From: a virus
Reading direction: 5' to 3' (one strand)
Virus record (IMG/VR): IMGVR_UViG_3300050015_000082
Span: 1-44,224 of that record
DNA length: 44,224 nt
Part shown: in pieces, positions 5,790 through 14,991 of the stretch
Position numbering within the stretch: the stretch's first letter is position 1
Layout: every line of letters begins with the position of its first letter
Translations under genes and position numbers: made by a program
The notes under the pieces: generated by a model
What the model saw: the letters and a program-made list of their open reading frames with translations, nothing else
What the model was told of the DNA's origin: nothing
Database searches by the model: none

Positions 5790-7505
5790 ATGGCTAGACG
5801 CGATACAAGTCAACCGATCCCCGATTTACTTGAGGGCTACATCCCGGATGACCCGGCAAGTCTTGCGGTAGTCGAGTCGCGCGTCATAGCGCAAACGAAG
5901 CTGGCGTTTCTTGAGACGCCTCCGACTCAGGAATCGTTCATTCGCATCAAGAACAATCGCGGTCGGACTCCGAGGGTTCGGGTTTTCGAGGCTGGAAATC
6001 AATCAGGAAAAACTGTGGGCGGGGTGGCTGAGGACATTGCGCACGCGATGGGGTTTAGACCGTGGCTGTCAAAGAGCGATCCTGATTACCGGATACCAAT
6101 TCGAGTTCCGAATTCAGGGTTTGTTGGCTGCGAGGTAGCGGGACAAAACCTCATCCAAAGGATTGAGCCGCTGTTTATGGAGTTCATTCCAAGGTATTGC
6201 GGCGTGGTCCCTACCCGGTACTCGGATGGAGCAATCAAGAGCCTGACGTTGACGTATGACTTCAACGGAAACTCCTGTGGGAGCGTAATCAACTTCCGAT
6301 CGTACATTCAGCCAGCCGACAGCTATGAGGGCGTGGTGAGCCACTGGGGGCACTTTGACGAGCCGCCCCCTGTCGACATCCTTACCGCCGCAACCCGAGG
6401 CCTGATGTCCACGAATGGCCCTCTATGGCTCACCATGACGCCTTTGAAAGAGCCGTACATCTACGATCTGTTTTCAATTAAGGCATTCAACAATGGGGGT
6501 AGCGATCAGGAAGTAGCTATTTTTCGATGCTCGACATGGGAGAACTGCCAGGACTGGTGCCGGGATTGCAATGTGACGATTATCGAAAACGATCCTGACA
6601 GATTGGAACCTGGGCAGACCAGGCCGGTATCGCATTGCCCATCTTGCGGAAAAGTGATGGGGTTCATGCCCCGCGCCGGAATCGAGAACTACCTCAAGAA
6701 GATTTCCGACCCTGACGAGCGCGAGGCCCGCGAAGAGGGGAAGTGGAAGCACCTATCGGGTCTGGTGTACAAGGAACTTGATAGAGAGGTCCATCTCTAC
6801 GAGGACTTCCAGATTCCCAACAATTGGATGCGGATTGAGGTTCTGGACCCGCACGATGCAAGGCCATGCTGCTGGCTGTTTGGAGCCGTAAGCCCTGAAG
6901 AAATTACTGTAAATGGAACATCCGCAAACAGAATCTATTGGTATTCATATTTGAGGCCCAGCGGAAACATCGAGTCGATTTGCCGACAGGTGAGGGTGAA
7001 GAGGGCGGAACACAACTACAAAGAACCGGCTATGCTCATCATCGACGTAAAGTTTGCGGCGGCGGAAAAGCCTTTGCATGGCGAGGTGTTTCCTTCGTGG
7101 GAGGAAGAGCTTGAAAAAGCAGGCATGAAGCATATCGTCCATTCCTGCTCCGCGCCTGGAGACGTAAACCTGGGACACAAGCGAGTGAAGGAATACATCG
7201 CTCCTCACTACTCATCAGTGCGCGGGAAGAGCTTTCCTGGGATGATGTGGGCAAAGGATGGCTGCAAGGGCGACGGTGGTCCTATTCAGCACATGTGGAA
7301 CTATATGTGGGACGAGAAGAAGGATGAAAAGCCCCAAGAGAAGTACAAGGATTTTTGCGACGCAGTTCGATACGCCGCTTTGGAGCAGCCGACCTACACA
7401 GCTCCGCAACCGGACATCGATCCTGAATTAGCGCGGAGGCTTCTGGCGGCTCAGGACAATCAACCGAACGCAAACCCGCTCTTCTACGGGTTGGGGGTGA
7501 AATGA
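5790..7505 (+). CDS. terL: Terminase large subunit (571 aa)
   Basis: Walker A-like GNQSGKT and Walker B-like WGHFDEPP. Size and position upstream of the portal also fit. Confidence 0.8.
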   Translation: MARRDTSQPIPDLLEGYIPDDPASLAVVESRVIAQTKLAFLETPPTQESFIRIKNNRGRTPRVRVFEAGNQSGKTVGGVAEDIAHAMGFRPWLSKSDPDYRIPIRVPNSGFVGCEVAGQNLIQRIEPLFMEFIPRYCGVVPTRYSDGAIKSLTLTYDFNGNSCGSVINFRSYIQPADSYEGVVSHWGHFDEPPPVDILTAATRGLMSTNGPLWLTMTPLKEPYIYDLFSIKAFNNGGSDQEVAIFRCSTWENCQDWCRDCNVTIIENDPDRLEPGQTRPVSHCPSCGKVMGFMPRAGIENYLKKISDPDEREAREEGKWKHLSGLVYKELDREVHLYEDFQIPNNWMRIEVLDPHDARPCCWLFGAVSPEEITVNGTSANRIYWYSYLRPSGNIESICRQVRVKRAEHNYKEPAMLIIDVKFAAAEKPLHGEVFPSWEEELEKAGMKHIVHSCSAPGDVNLGHKRVKEYIAPHYSSVRGKSFPGMMWAKDGCKGDGGPIQHMWNYMWDEKKDEKPQEKYKDFCDAVRYAALEQPTYTAPQPDIDPELARRLLAAQDNQPNANPLFYGLGVK

Positions 7506-7930
7506 TCCAACGTGTTCATTACGAAGAGATTCTTAAGAACAAGGAAATTCTGGCCGAGTATGCAAAGGACTGTCTTGTCGATGGGTACGAACCTCAAGAA
7601 CAAATCTACGAGGCCATGGACAAGGCCGGAATGCTCTACTGCCTGGGAGCCTACATTGAGGGGCAACTCGTTGGATTCGCATCGCTTGTTGTAAGCATAA
7701 TGCCTCACAATGGGAAGAAGATAGCGGCAATTGAGAGCATCTTTGCCCTGCCAGAATACAGAAAGTACGGTATCGGTTTTCATCTTGTTCGGGCGGCAAG
7801 GGACGAGGCAAAACAGTTGGGGTGCGAGTTGATCGTATACTTGCCAAGAATCGGAAGCGCATTCGACAAGATTCTTGAAAACAGGGACAGTTGCACAAAA
7901 ACCCATGTGCAGTACACGGAATGGTTATGA
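7502..7930 (+). CDS. GNAT-family N-acetyltransferase (142 aa)
   Basis: Motif A-like segment ALPEYRKYGIGFHLVRAARDEAKQLG. The ATGA overlaps terL. Confidence 0.65.
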   Translation: MIQRVHYEEILKNKEILAEYAKDCLVDGYEPQEQIYEAMDKAGMLYCLGAYIEGQLVGFASLVVSIMPHNGKKIAAIESIFALPEYRKYGIGFHLVRAARDEAKQLGCELIVYLPRIGSAFDKILENRDSCTKTHVQYTEWL

Positions 7931-8382
7931 GCCTACAGGTCATTCAAAAAGCGCTCCAGCCGGCCACGAAGGAGGCTCTCGACTGGCTAAAGGGCGTGAA
8001 CCACGAAATTCTCAAGTACGAGCAGTGCCCAGTCCACACCCAGCATCTGATCCACGGCGGCATGTACGCGCGGACAATTGTTCTTGAGCCGGATACGAAG
8101 ATGGTTGGATCGATCATCATCAAGCCAACTATCCTGATCGTGAATGGAAGGACTTCCGTACTCTCTGGTGGAGAAAGGATCGAACTGGATGGATACAGCG
8201 TTCTTGCGGGCGATGCAGGACGTAAACAGTTCTTCTGGACACACAGCCAAGTCGAGATGACCATGCTGGTTGCAACCTCCGCAAAAACGGTAGAAGATGC
8301 TGAGAATGAAGTCTTTGGAGAGGCAGACTTGCTGATTTCTCGCCGGGATGGATCGGATTCGTGTATTATCACTGGTGAGTGA
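7927..8382 (+). CDS. Hypothetical protein (151 aa), possibly a beta-barrel/cupin-like fold
   Basis: ORF 7891..8382, with the start set at the ATGA overlap at 7927. The fold guess is weak. Confidence 0.55.
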   Translation: MSLQVIQKALQPATKEALDWLKGVNHEILKYEQCPVHTQHLIHGGMYARTIVLEPDTKMVGSIIIKPTILIVNGRTSVLSGGERIELDGYSVLAGDAGRKQFFWTHSQVEMTMLVATSAKTVEDAENEVFGEADLLISRRDGSDSCIITGE

Positions 8383-8388
8383 GGAAAG

Positions 8389-8664
8389 ATGGCAGGAAGC
8401 ATATCGGCGACGACCGCAGCTCTGATAGTTGCTGGAACGACGGTGGCAGCTACTGGCGCGACACTCGGTTACGAAATGTCGCAGTCTACTCCCACTGCCC
8501 CATCAGCCCAGACGACCGCCGAGCAGCAGGCCAAGGCTTCTCAGGAGGCTTCACTTGCCCAGGCTGAGGCTTTGACGAAGAGGCGCGGGATGGCCTCAAC
8601 GCAACTTACATCTCCTCTCGGCACTAGTAGTACAGCCGCAGTCGGAAAGGCCACGCTGGGATAG
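8389..8664 (+). CDS. Small Ala/Thr-rich protein whose N-terminus is paralogous to 19530..20024
   Basis: MAGSISATTAALIVAGTT matches MAGSISATTATLIAGGAS. Candidate virion/ejection-associated protein. Confidence 0.55.
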   Translation: MAGSISATTAALIVAGTTVAATGATLGYEMSQSTPTAPSAQTTAEQQAKASQEASLAQAEALTKRRGMASTQLTSPLGTSSTAAVGKATLG

Positions 8665-8666
8665 AT

Positions 8667-10535
8667 ATGGCATATCCAATTCTCGGATCGTCGAGCAACT
8701 ACCCAGGGTCTGAGGGGTACTATCCATCTGGACTCGGTGATCGTACCGATGAGCAAAAAGCCAAAGACTGCATCAAATATCTTGTTATTCTGGCCCAGCA
8801 GCGCATCTACTGGGAGCCCGAAATAGATAACATTATTAGGTTTGTGAATCATGGACGCCGTGGGGTGTGGGACAAGGATTTGTGGCCCGGCCAACAGACC
8901 GGCATGGCAATCTTCGCCGACACGGCCATGCTTGCTAGGAATCAGCTTGTCGATGGAATGGTGGGGAATATCGTTCCTCGCAATCTGGAATGGTTTGCTC
9001 TGGAGATACCTGGGAAGCTGAATTTTCCTCGGACATCCGGAATGAGGGCGTGGAACGGGCAGAGAGTTGATTCTTATCCTCAAGTGCAGAAGTGGATTCA
9101 GGAATCCCAAGAGTCCATGTACTCAGCCTTCAACCGTAGCAACTTCTACGACGTGGTTCCCGAGTTCATCTCCGATGGTGCTACCTGCGGAACTGCTCAC
9201 CTCGTGGTAGAGGAAGACATTCCACGCGCTGCGATAAACTTTGTCGTCCCCCACTTTCGGGAGTGCTTCATAGCGGAAAACCAATACGGTCAGGTAGATA
9301 CAAACTATCGTGTCTACAAAATGACCCTGCGGCAGATTTCGCAAAAGTTCGGATGGGAGAAGATGTGCAAGATCGAGCCGAACTTCAAGAAAGATTACGA
9401 GTCGAACATGCACGCCGAGCGCGAAGTCCTTCATGCTGTATATCCGCGTGAGGACTATCATCCTGGGCGGGTGCATGCAAAAGGAAAAAAGTGGGAATCG
9501 GTGTGGGTCTACCGCAAGGGTGGAAAAATTCTTACTGTTTCAGGTTCGGTCGCTTCACTTGCCGGAGATGACACCCAAGTTGCCAATGAGGGTGGGTACG
9601 ACACCAGGCCGATCATCACATGGCGCTGGAGAAAGAACAACGACGAAATATACGGTCGCGGGCCAGCGCATGACGCATGGGTCTCTATCGCCCTTGATAA
9701 TCAGATGGGTAGAACCAATCTGGTAACGGCCCAACGCGCTGCCGAGCCCCCGCTTGTCGCTGCATCCGATTTGAGGAATTCGATTCAGCGTGGCCCGAAT
9801 GGGATCACGTACATCGAAAGAAACCGTGGAGACATTCGGCTTTCCATGCCCCAACCGCTTCATACCGGGGTCCAAAGTCTGCCGTTCAACGTCGAGTTTC
9901 AGGATCGCCTGAAAGCAACAATCAACTCCTACTTCCACACTGACGTATTTATGATGATGTCGCAGCTTGCCAATGCCGGCAAGACAGAGCGCATGGTCAC
10001 TGAGCAGATCATGGAGTTGCAGGGCGAGAAGGCGGCAATACTAGGAACTAGGGTAGGAAACCTCCAGGCCGAAGCGTTCAATCCTCTAATTGAGAGGGTC
10101 TACTCTATCGAAGCCGCGGCAGGACGCATACCTGATCCTCCAGACATTTTGATGGAAACCAGACACAATGGGGTGGAGGTTCAGTATCTTGGCCCTCTTT
10201 CTCAGGCTCAGACCAGGCTAACAAAGGTCCGGTCGATTCAGTCCGGCCTGCAACTCGTTACATCCATTGCTCAGTTGAACCCGACTTCAGTCGATATGGT
10301 GGACTACGATCAGGCAGCAAAGGAAGCTCTTGAAGCCGTATCATTCCCCGCTACGTGCCTCCGTGATTCAAAGCAGGTTACCGCGATTCGCCAGCAGAGG
10401 AACCAGATTCAGAATCAGGAACGCATGGCCGAAACGGTTCCGAAGATGGCAAAGGCGGCGGCTTCTCTATCGAGGGCACCTGAGTCCGGATCAATTCTCA
10501 AAGAGCTGATGGGGGGCGAAGATGGCGCCCAGTGA
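8667..10535 (+). CDS. Portal protein (622 aa)
   Basis: Called from size and its position between terL and the scaffold/capsid genes. No diagnostic motif can be cited. Confidence 0.65.
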   Translation: MAYPILGSSSNYPGSEGYYPSGLGDRTDEQKAKDCIKYLVILAQQRIYWEPEIDNIIRFVNHGRRGVWDKDLWPGQQTGMAIFADTAMLARNQLVDGMVGNIVPRNLEWFALEIPGKLNFPRTSGMRAWNGQRVDSYPQVQKWIQESQESMYSAFNRSNFYDVVPEFISDGATCGTAHLVVEEDIPRAAINFVVPHFRECFIAENQYGQVDTNYRVYKMTLRQISQKFGWEKMCKIEPNFKKDYESNMHAEREVLHAVYPREDYHPGRVHAKGKKWESVWVYRKGGKILTVSGSVASLAGDDTQVANEGGYDTRPIITWRWRKNNDEIYGRGPAHDAWVSIALDNQMGRTNLVTAQRAAEPPLVAASDLRNSIQRGPNGITYIERNRGDIRLSMPQPLHTGVQSLPFNVEFQDRLKATINSYFHTDVFMMMSQLANAGKTERMVTEQIMELQGEKAAILGTRVGNLQAEAFNPLIERVYSIEAAAGRIPDPPDILMETRHNGVEVQYLGPLSQAQTRLTKVRSIQSGLQLVTSIAQLNPTSVDMVDYDQAAKEALEAVSFPATCLRDSKQVTAIRQQRNQIQNQERMAETVPKMAKAAASLSRAPESGSILKELMGGEDGAQ

Positions 10536-10743
10536 GATCGACCAGGCCTATCGGAACGTGTTTGGATCAGCAGAGGGATTGTCAGTCTTGGGTGACATCT
10601 TGACACATGGTCACTTTGGGCTGACACTTGATGGTGAAAACAGAGATCAGATAGCGGAGTACAATTTCGCTTTGATGATCGCAACCAGGGCCGGGGTGTT
10701 TGAAGGTATCTATCGGCAACTCGGGCTCGTAAAGGGAGAGTGA
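10522..10743 (+). CDS. Small protein, Bbp19-like by recall (73 aa)
   Basis: AYRNVFGSAEGLSVLGDILTHGHF resembles the small conserved protein found after the portal in BPP-1-type phages. This is from memory only. Confidence 0.45.
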   Translation: MAPSEIDQAYRNVFGSAEGLSVLGDILTHGHFGLTLDGENRDQIAEYNFALMIATRAGVFEGIYRQLGLVKGE

Positions 10744-10744
10744 C

Positions 10745-11158
10745 ATGGCAGCACCTTACTACGATTGCGTGATGTGGCCCGGTGGGGACGGTCTTCGAGT
10801 TCCTACAGAGGTTTTGGGAAGCGCTGGGCGCGGAACTCCCGGAGCGACTATCGCTGTTCTCAAGGCAGTGTCGCATAGCTACGGAGCCGCCGCCACAGAC
10901 TGGAATCTCAATTCTGCTGAAACGGCTGGGTCTGTGTATTCCGTAACCAGCGCAAGCGGCGCGGCAAAGGCCGTTTTCCCGGCTTACATTCCCGGCAAGG
11001 TGTTCATTGTCAACAATGGTTCTGGCCAGGCCATTACCTTCAAGGTGACCGGCAAAGCGGGCATCGTCGTTGCGAACGCGAAGGCCGCGACCTTGTTCAT
11101 GGATGCGGTTGCTGGCGACGTTCAACGCGCAACTGCCGACACAACGCCGACTTCGTAG
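10745..11158 (+). CDS. Hypothetical virion-module protein (137 aa)
   Basis: Clean ORF, tightly packed after the previous gene. Confidence 0.55.
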   Translation: MAAPYYDCVMWPGGDGLRVPTEVLGSAGRGTPGATIAVLKAVSHSYGAAATDWNLNSAETAGSVYSVTSASGAAKAVFPAYIPGKVFIVNNGSGQAITFKVTGKAGIVVANAKAATLFMDAVAGDVQRATADTTPTS

Positions 11159-11167
11159 GGGTGACGC

Positions 11168-11335
11168 ATGGCTGGAACGGGAAAGAGTGGCGGTAAGGCT
11201 TCCCCGGCTGCTCTAGGCCGGGGAGACTATCAAGAGGAGTTGCGTTCCAACTTCACGCGGTGGGCTGGGAAAAAGACACCGTATCCGAAGTCGGATATGC
11301 CTCCTGCGAAAGTGATCTTCAAGAAGAGTTCTTGA
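11168..11335 (+). CDS. 55-aa basic protein that shares the scaffold C-terminal motif
   Basis: Below the ORF-track cutoff. AGGGG lies 8 nt before the ATG. Sequence: MAGTGKSGGKASPAALGRGDYQEELRSNFTRWAGKKTPYPKSDMPPAKVIFKKSS. Its PYPKSDMPPAK matches PYPKSNMPPAK at the scaffold C-terminus. Confidence 0.45.
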   Translation: MAGTGKSGGKASPAALGRGDYQEELRSNFTRWAGKKTPYPKSDMPPAKVIFKKSS

Positions 11336-11387
11336 CGTACTGAATCGAAAGTGCTTAACTTGAAAACGAGGTTGGAACAAAAACTTT

Positions 11388-12116
11388 ATGCCTGAAGCAA
11401 TAGCAGAAACGCAACCGCAGCAGGAGTCCTTAGGATGGAGGGCTGGCCTTCCCGATCCCCTCAAGCAGAACGAATCGTTTAAGAACTTCAAGACCGTGGG
11501 AGATTTCGCAAACCATTATCTTGAAGTGTCCGCAAATGCTTCGAACCTTGAGAAGAAACTTGGAGACTATGTTCCCAAACTTCCGGATAACGCGACGGAT
11601 GCGGAAAGAAACATGTACTTCGATGCCCTTGGCAGGCCGAAATCTGCTGACGAGTACAAGCTCGGCGGGGAAGGCAAGAACGCCGTTCAGTGGGATGCGC
11701 AGTGGAAGCAGAATTTTCACTCTCTCGGCTTGACTCAAAGTCAGGCTGCTGGTTTGGATGGGATGATCAACACGTCCTTGCAGGCCGTGGTAGATGCCCA
11801 CAATGCCAAGCTGCAAGGGGAGTACAAGATTGCTGAGACGGCGCTCAAGACGGAATGGGGCAGCAAGTACGATACCAACGTGGAACTAGCCAAGAGACTT
11901 TACAGCAAGCAACTTGGTAGCGAGTTCGATAAGGACTTTGCGGCTGGAACCGATGCGACCAGACTTTCGACCATTAAGATGCTGGTGAAAATGGCAAGTT
12001 TGACTGGGGAGGATAATTCTCCGCAGTCAACACAGCGTCCAACAGTCAATGGAGTCAACAACCCCTATCCGAAGAGCAACATGCCTCCGGCAAAGGGTAC
12101 ATCGTTTCCTGTCTAG
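11388..12116 (+). CDS. Scaffolding protein (242 aa)
   Basis: Helical and charged, and lies immediately upstream of the major capsid gene. Confidence 0.55.
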   Translation: MPEAIAETQPQQESLGWRAGLPDPLKQNESFKNFKTVGDFANHYLEVSANASNLEKKLGDYVPKLPDNATDAERNMYFDALGRPKSADEYKLGGEGKNAVQWDAQWKQNFHSLGLTQSQAAGLDGMINTSLQAVVDAHNAKLQGEYKIAETALKTEWGSKYDTNVELAKRLYSKQLGSEFDKDFAAGTDATRLSTIKMLVKMASLTGEDNSPQSTQRPTVNGVNNPYPKSNMPPAKGTSFPV

Positions 12117-12134
12117 TGACAGAGAGGACCGCAA

Positions 12135-13193
12135 ATGGCAGACGTAAATCAACTTCCTTGGACTACTTTCGGTGACATCGTACAGAACTATGCCACCATC
12201 GACGCGAATTCGCCATGGGTGAATGTTGCGCGAGTTCTCGACCGGACCACTCCGCTTTTGAGCGTTTTGCCGATGGTCCCATCCAACCAGATCATGTCCA
12301 ACATCGCCACGCGCACCGACTCTTTGCCGGTTGCCTCAACGCGGCGCTGGAACGCCTTTGCAACTCCTACGGCGTCCAAGAACACGCCTCTCAATGATGG
12401 CATCATGAACCTCGAAGACTATTCCGAGGTTGACAAGCAGATGTGCGCCATCCAAAACAACCCGACCGCGTGGCGCATGGACCAGGACGCCAACCACATC
12501 GAAGGCATCCGCCAGAAGGCTGAATCCCTTTTCTGGTATGGAAGCCTCGCACAAGACCCAGGCGCTATCAATGGACTCGCCACCCGGTTCAACAATCTGG
12601 AATCCTATCCCAACGGAGATCAGTCCTGGCAACCGAACGTCCTTAGCAACGGCGGATCGGGATCAGTCACGAGCATCTGGGCAGTTGAGTTCGGCCCTCA
12701 GAAAGTGTACGGCATCTACCCACCGAACATGCCAGGTGGGCTGATGGTTGAGGACTTGGGCGAGATTACCAAGCAGGGTTCGACAGCCAACGTCACCAAT
12801 GGCAATCCCGTGCAGAACGGTTACATGCAGATGTACCTTACTCACCTGCACTGGATGTTTGGCCTCCAGATTGCCGATGAGCGTTGCGTGCAGCGTATCG
12901 CCAACGTGAATCCGACCATCCTCTCAAACCCTGGTGACTTCGATGAGAATGTTCTGATCGATGCTCTGGAATTCCTTCCTGGCGGGGGCAATGCGCCTGG
13001 GACGGTGATTTTTGTGAACCGTGCAATTTCGGCTCAGATCAACATCCGTTCCACGTCTCAGAAGCTCAACGCCTACTACACGCAGGACCCTGCCAGCGGG
13101 GATGTGTTTGGAAGCCGCCGAATCACTCGGTTCCAGGGTATCCCGATTCTTCTTGCTGAAAAGCTTATCAACACCGAAACCGCTGTGAGTTAA
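12135..13193 (+). CDS. Major capsid protein (352 aa)
   Basis: Called from position after the scaffold, size, and a strong RBS (GAGAGGACC). Confidence 0.65.
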   Translation: MADVNQLPWTTFGDIVQNYATIDANSPWVNVARVLDRTTPLLSVLPMVPSNQIMSNIATRTDSLPVASTRRWNAFATPTASKNTPLNDGIMNLEDYSEVDKQMCAIQNNPTAWRMDQDANHIEGIRQKAESLFWYGSLAQDPGAINGLATRFNNLESYPNGDQSWQPNVLSNGGSGSVTSIWAVEFGPQKVYGIYPPNMPGGLMVEDLGEITKQGSTANVTNGNPVQNGYMQMYLTHLHWMFGLQIADERCVQRIANVNPTILSNPGDFDENVLIDALEFLPGGGNAPGTVIFVNRAISAQINIRSTSQKLNAYYTQDPASGDVFGSRRITRFQGIPILLAEKLINTETAVS

Positions 13194-13202
13194 GGAGATA
13201 TC

Positions 13203-13703
13203 ATGCCACAGACTGATTCAATTCAATGGCTTCATGGAACGCCCTCCGCGGCAAGCAATGTGTTTACGGCCACGGCGACTACCGACTACTCCGACAACGA
13301 GTTGGACTTTGGCGCACCCGCTACGGGTGGCAGCTATCCGTATCTCCCTGAGTTCCCATCGCTGACAGAGAAGGGCTACACCTTTCCTCCTGAAGTGGTT
13401 GGAAACGGTGGGGTGGAGATGGGTATCCACCTCGCCATCTCCGCTCCGGTTTTGGTTACTGGCGGAATGACGGCCGGAGTGGTCAACGCTTTGACCTCGG
13501 CAACTACCGGGGCGACGACGGTGATTGCAAGCCGAACGTTTACTCCGGCCCAACTCGCAATTGCCGGAGCGCATTATTTCATTCCGGTGTCTGGAGCTGC
13601 CATACTGGAATTCTTGCGATGCAATTTCGTCGCCACGTCTTTCGCGGCGGATTCTGGAACGGCATGGGCATGGTACGGTCCAAAGACAGGTGGAGAAAAG
13701 TAA
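13203..13703 (+). CDS. Candidate head decoration/cement protein (166 aa)
   Basis: Lies immediately after the capsid gene with a strong RBS (TAAGGAGATATC). Function is assigned by position only. Confidence 0.4.
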   Translation: MPQTDSIQWLHGTPSAASNVFTATATTDYSDNELDFGAPATGGSYPYLPEFPSLTEKGYTFPPEVVGNGGVEMGIHLAISAPVLVTGGMTAGVVNALTSATTGATTVIASRTFTPAQLAIAGAHYFIPVSGAAILEFLRCNFVATSFAADSGTAWAWYGPKTGGEK

Positions 13704-14212
13704 TGCCAATCATTGAAGCGATGTGTCTTCATGACGCGTTTGACAGCTCTCAGTGCCTCTACTACGAGCGGGGTAGAACGTACCCTATCGACACTGAGAG
13801 CGAAGTTGCCAACATGACGGCTCGTCCCCTATCTTCGGGAAAAGTAGACCCGAAGACAGGGGAGATTATCGCCGTGAAGGTTGCTCGAAAGCCCATACCC
13901 TGTTTCGAGTTTGACCGGGCCGCACCGCTTGGAGCCGTTGGAAATATGGTCCCAAGCGACTACACCTGCAAAAAGTGCGGAACGGACTGCAAGTCACTCA
14001 ACGGACTTGGAACCCACAACCGCCAGAATCATCCTCCGGAAGTATTCAAGGACGGTACCGAGGAAGAGCAGATCGCGCCACGTCCTGACGGAAGGAAGAA
14101 GAAGAATAAGACCTTCACTTGCAAAACGTGCGGGGAAGTCCTTCCTAACCTCTGGGGGCTGCGAGTCCACAACAAGATCCACGAAAAGGCTGCGGTCACC
14201 GAGGCCGCTTAG
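13703..14212 (+). CDS. Protein with two classical C2H2 zinc fingers (169 aa)
   Basis: The start is set at ATG 13703, which overlaps the previous TAA by one nt. Fingers: YTCKKCGTDCKSLNGLGTHNRQNH and FTCKTCGEVLPNLWGLRVHNKIH. Confidence 0.6.
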   Translation: MPIIEAMCLHDAFDSSQCLYYERGRTYPIDTESEVANMTARPLSSGKVDPKTGEIIAVKVARKPIPCFEFDRAAPLGAVGNMVPSDYTCKKCGTDCKSLNGLGTHNRQNHPPEVFKDGTEEEQIAPRPDGRKKKNKTFTCKTCGEVLPNLWGLRVHNKIHEKAAVTEAA

Positions 14213-14223
14213 GGCGGTGACCT

Positions 14224-14991
14224 TTGAATTATTCTGCTTCGAGCATTAGCAATCTCGCCCTCGGACGCATAGGCGCTCGGGGGCAGATTGTTGACCTCAA
14301 TGAGAACAGCCCCAACGCCGTCAAATGCTTGGCTGTGTGGGATGCCATTTTTCAGGAGGTATTATCGGAGCGGGATTGGCGTTTCGCTAAAACTCGTCAG
14401 CAGCTTCAACTCTCTCCAGTCACCCCTCTCTATACGTGGCATCACGCTTGGGCATTGCCGGCCGATTTTCTACGCTTTGTACGTCCTCGCCGCCGCCAGA
14501 ACAGTTGTAATGACTTCTTCTGGAACTACGGTCCGGAGGGCGGATGGGGATGGTACAACCGCCAAGACCCGCCATTCTGGCCCTCTGGTTACGACTACCG
14601 AGTAGAGACGCTTACGGCGGGATGGGATTTCTCTGTCAATCCCCCAGTTCCCTTCCCCCCTCCGTTTCCAACAGGGAAATACGTTCTCACAAACTACAGC
14701 GGACACAACAGCGGCGGTCCAAATCTTCCCGCTGCGATCACCTACATCCAACTCATCACCGACTACTCGCAGTTGATGCCGGGGTTCGTGAACTGTCTTG
14801 CATGGAGGCTGGCTCAAGAGCTGTCGATCAACATCACCGAGGATAAGGGCAAGTGGCAGATCGCGCGAGACGAGTACAGGGATAGCCTGAATTCCGCTGA
14901 GGCGCAGAATGAAACCAGCGATTTTGAGTCCGACGAAGATGGATCTGATTCCTGGGTAAGCGCTGGCCGCTGGGCGGAAAGGTGGCAGTGA
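14224..14991 (+). CDS. Head-to-tail adaptor / tail tubular protein A-like (T7 gp11-like), TTG start (255 aa)
   Basis: The N-terminus ISNLALGRIGARGQIVDLNENSPNAVKCLAVWDAIFQEVLSERDWRF parallels the T7 gp11 N-terminal pattern as I recall it. Position before the nozzle gene also fits. Confidence 0.5.
   Translation: MNYSASSISNLALGRIGARGQIVDLNENSPNAVKCLAVWDAIFQEVLSERDWRFAKTRQQLQLSPVTPLYTWHHAWALPADFLRFVRPRRRQNSCNDFFWNYGPEGGWGWYNRQDPPFWPSGYDYRVETLTAGWDFSVNPPVPFPPPFPTGKYVLTNYSGHNSGGPNLPAAITYIQLITDYSQLMPGFVNCLAWRLAQELSINITEDKGKWQIARDEYRDSLNSAEAQNETSDFESDEDGSDSWVSAGRWAERWQ

Noticed and set aside
8541-13709. Long antisense ORFs inside structural genes (8541..9110, 10415..11125, 11430..11816, 13218..13709, and similarly 21634..22116 and 32922..33437)
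   Set aside because: They lie opposite well-supported, tightly packed late genes, have Arg/Ser/Pro-rich compositions, and have no RBS.
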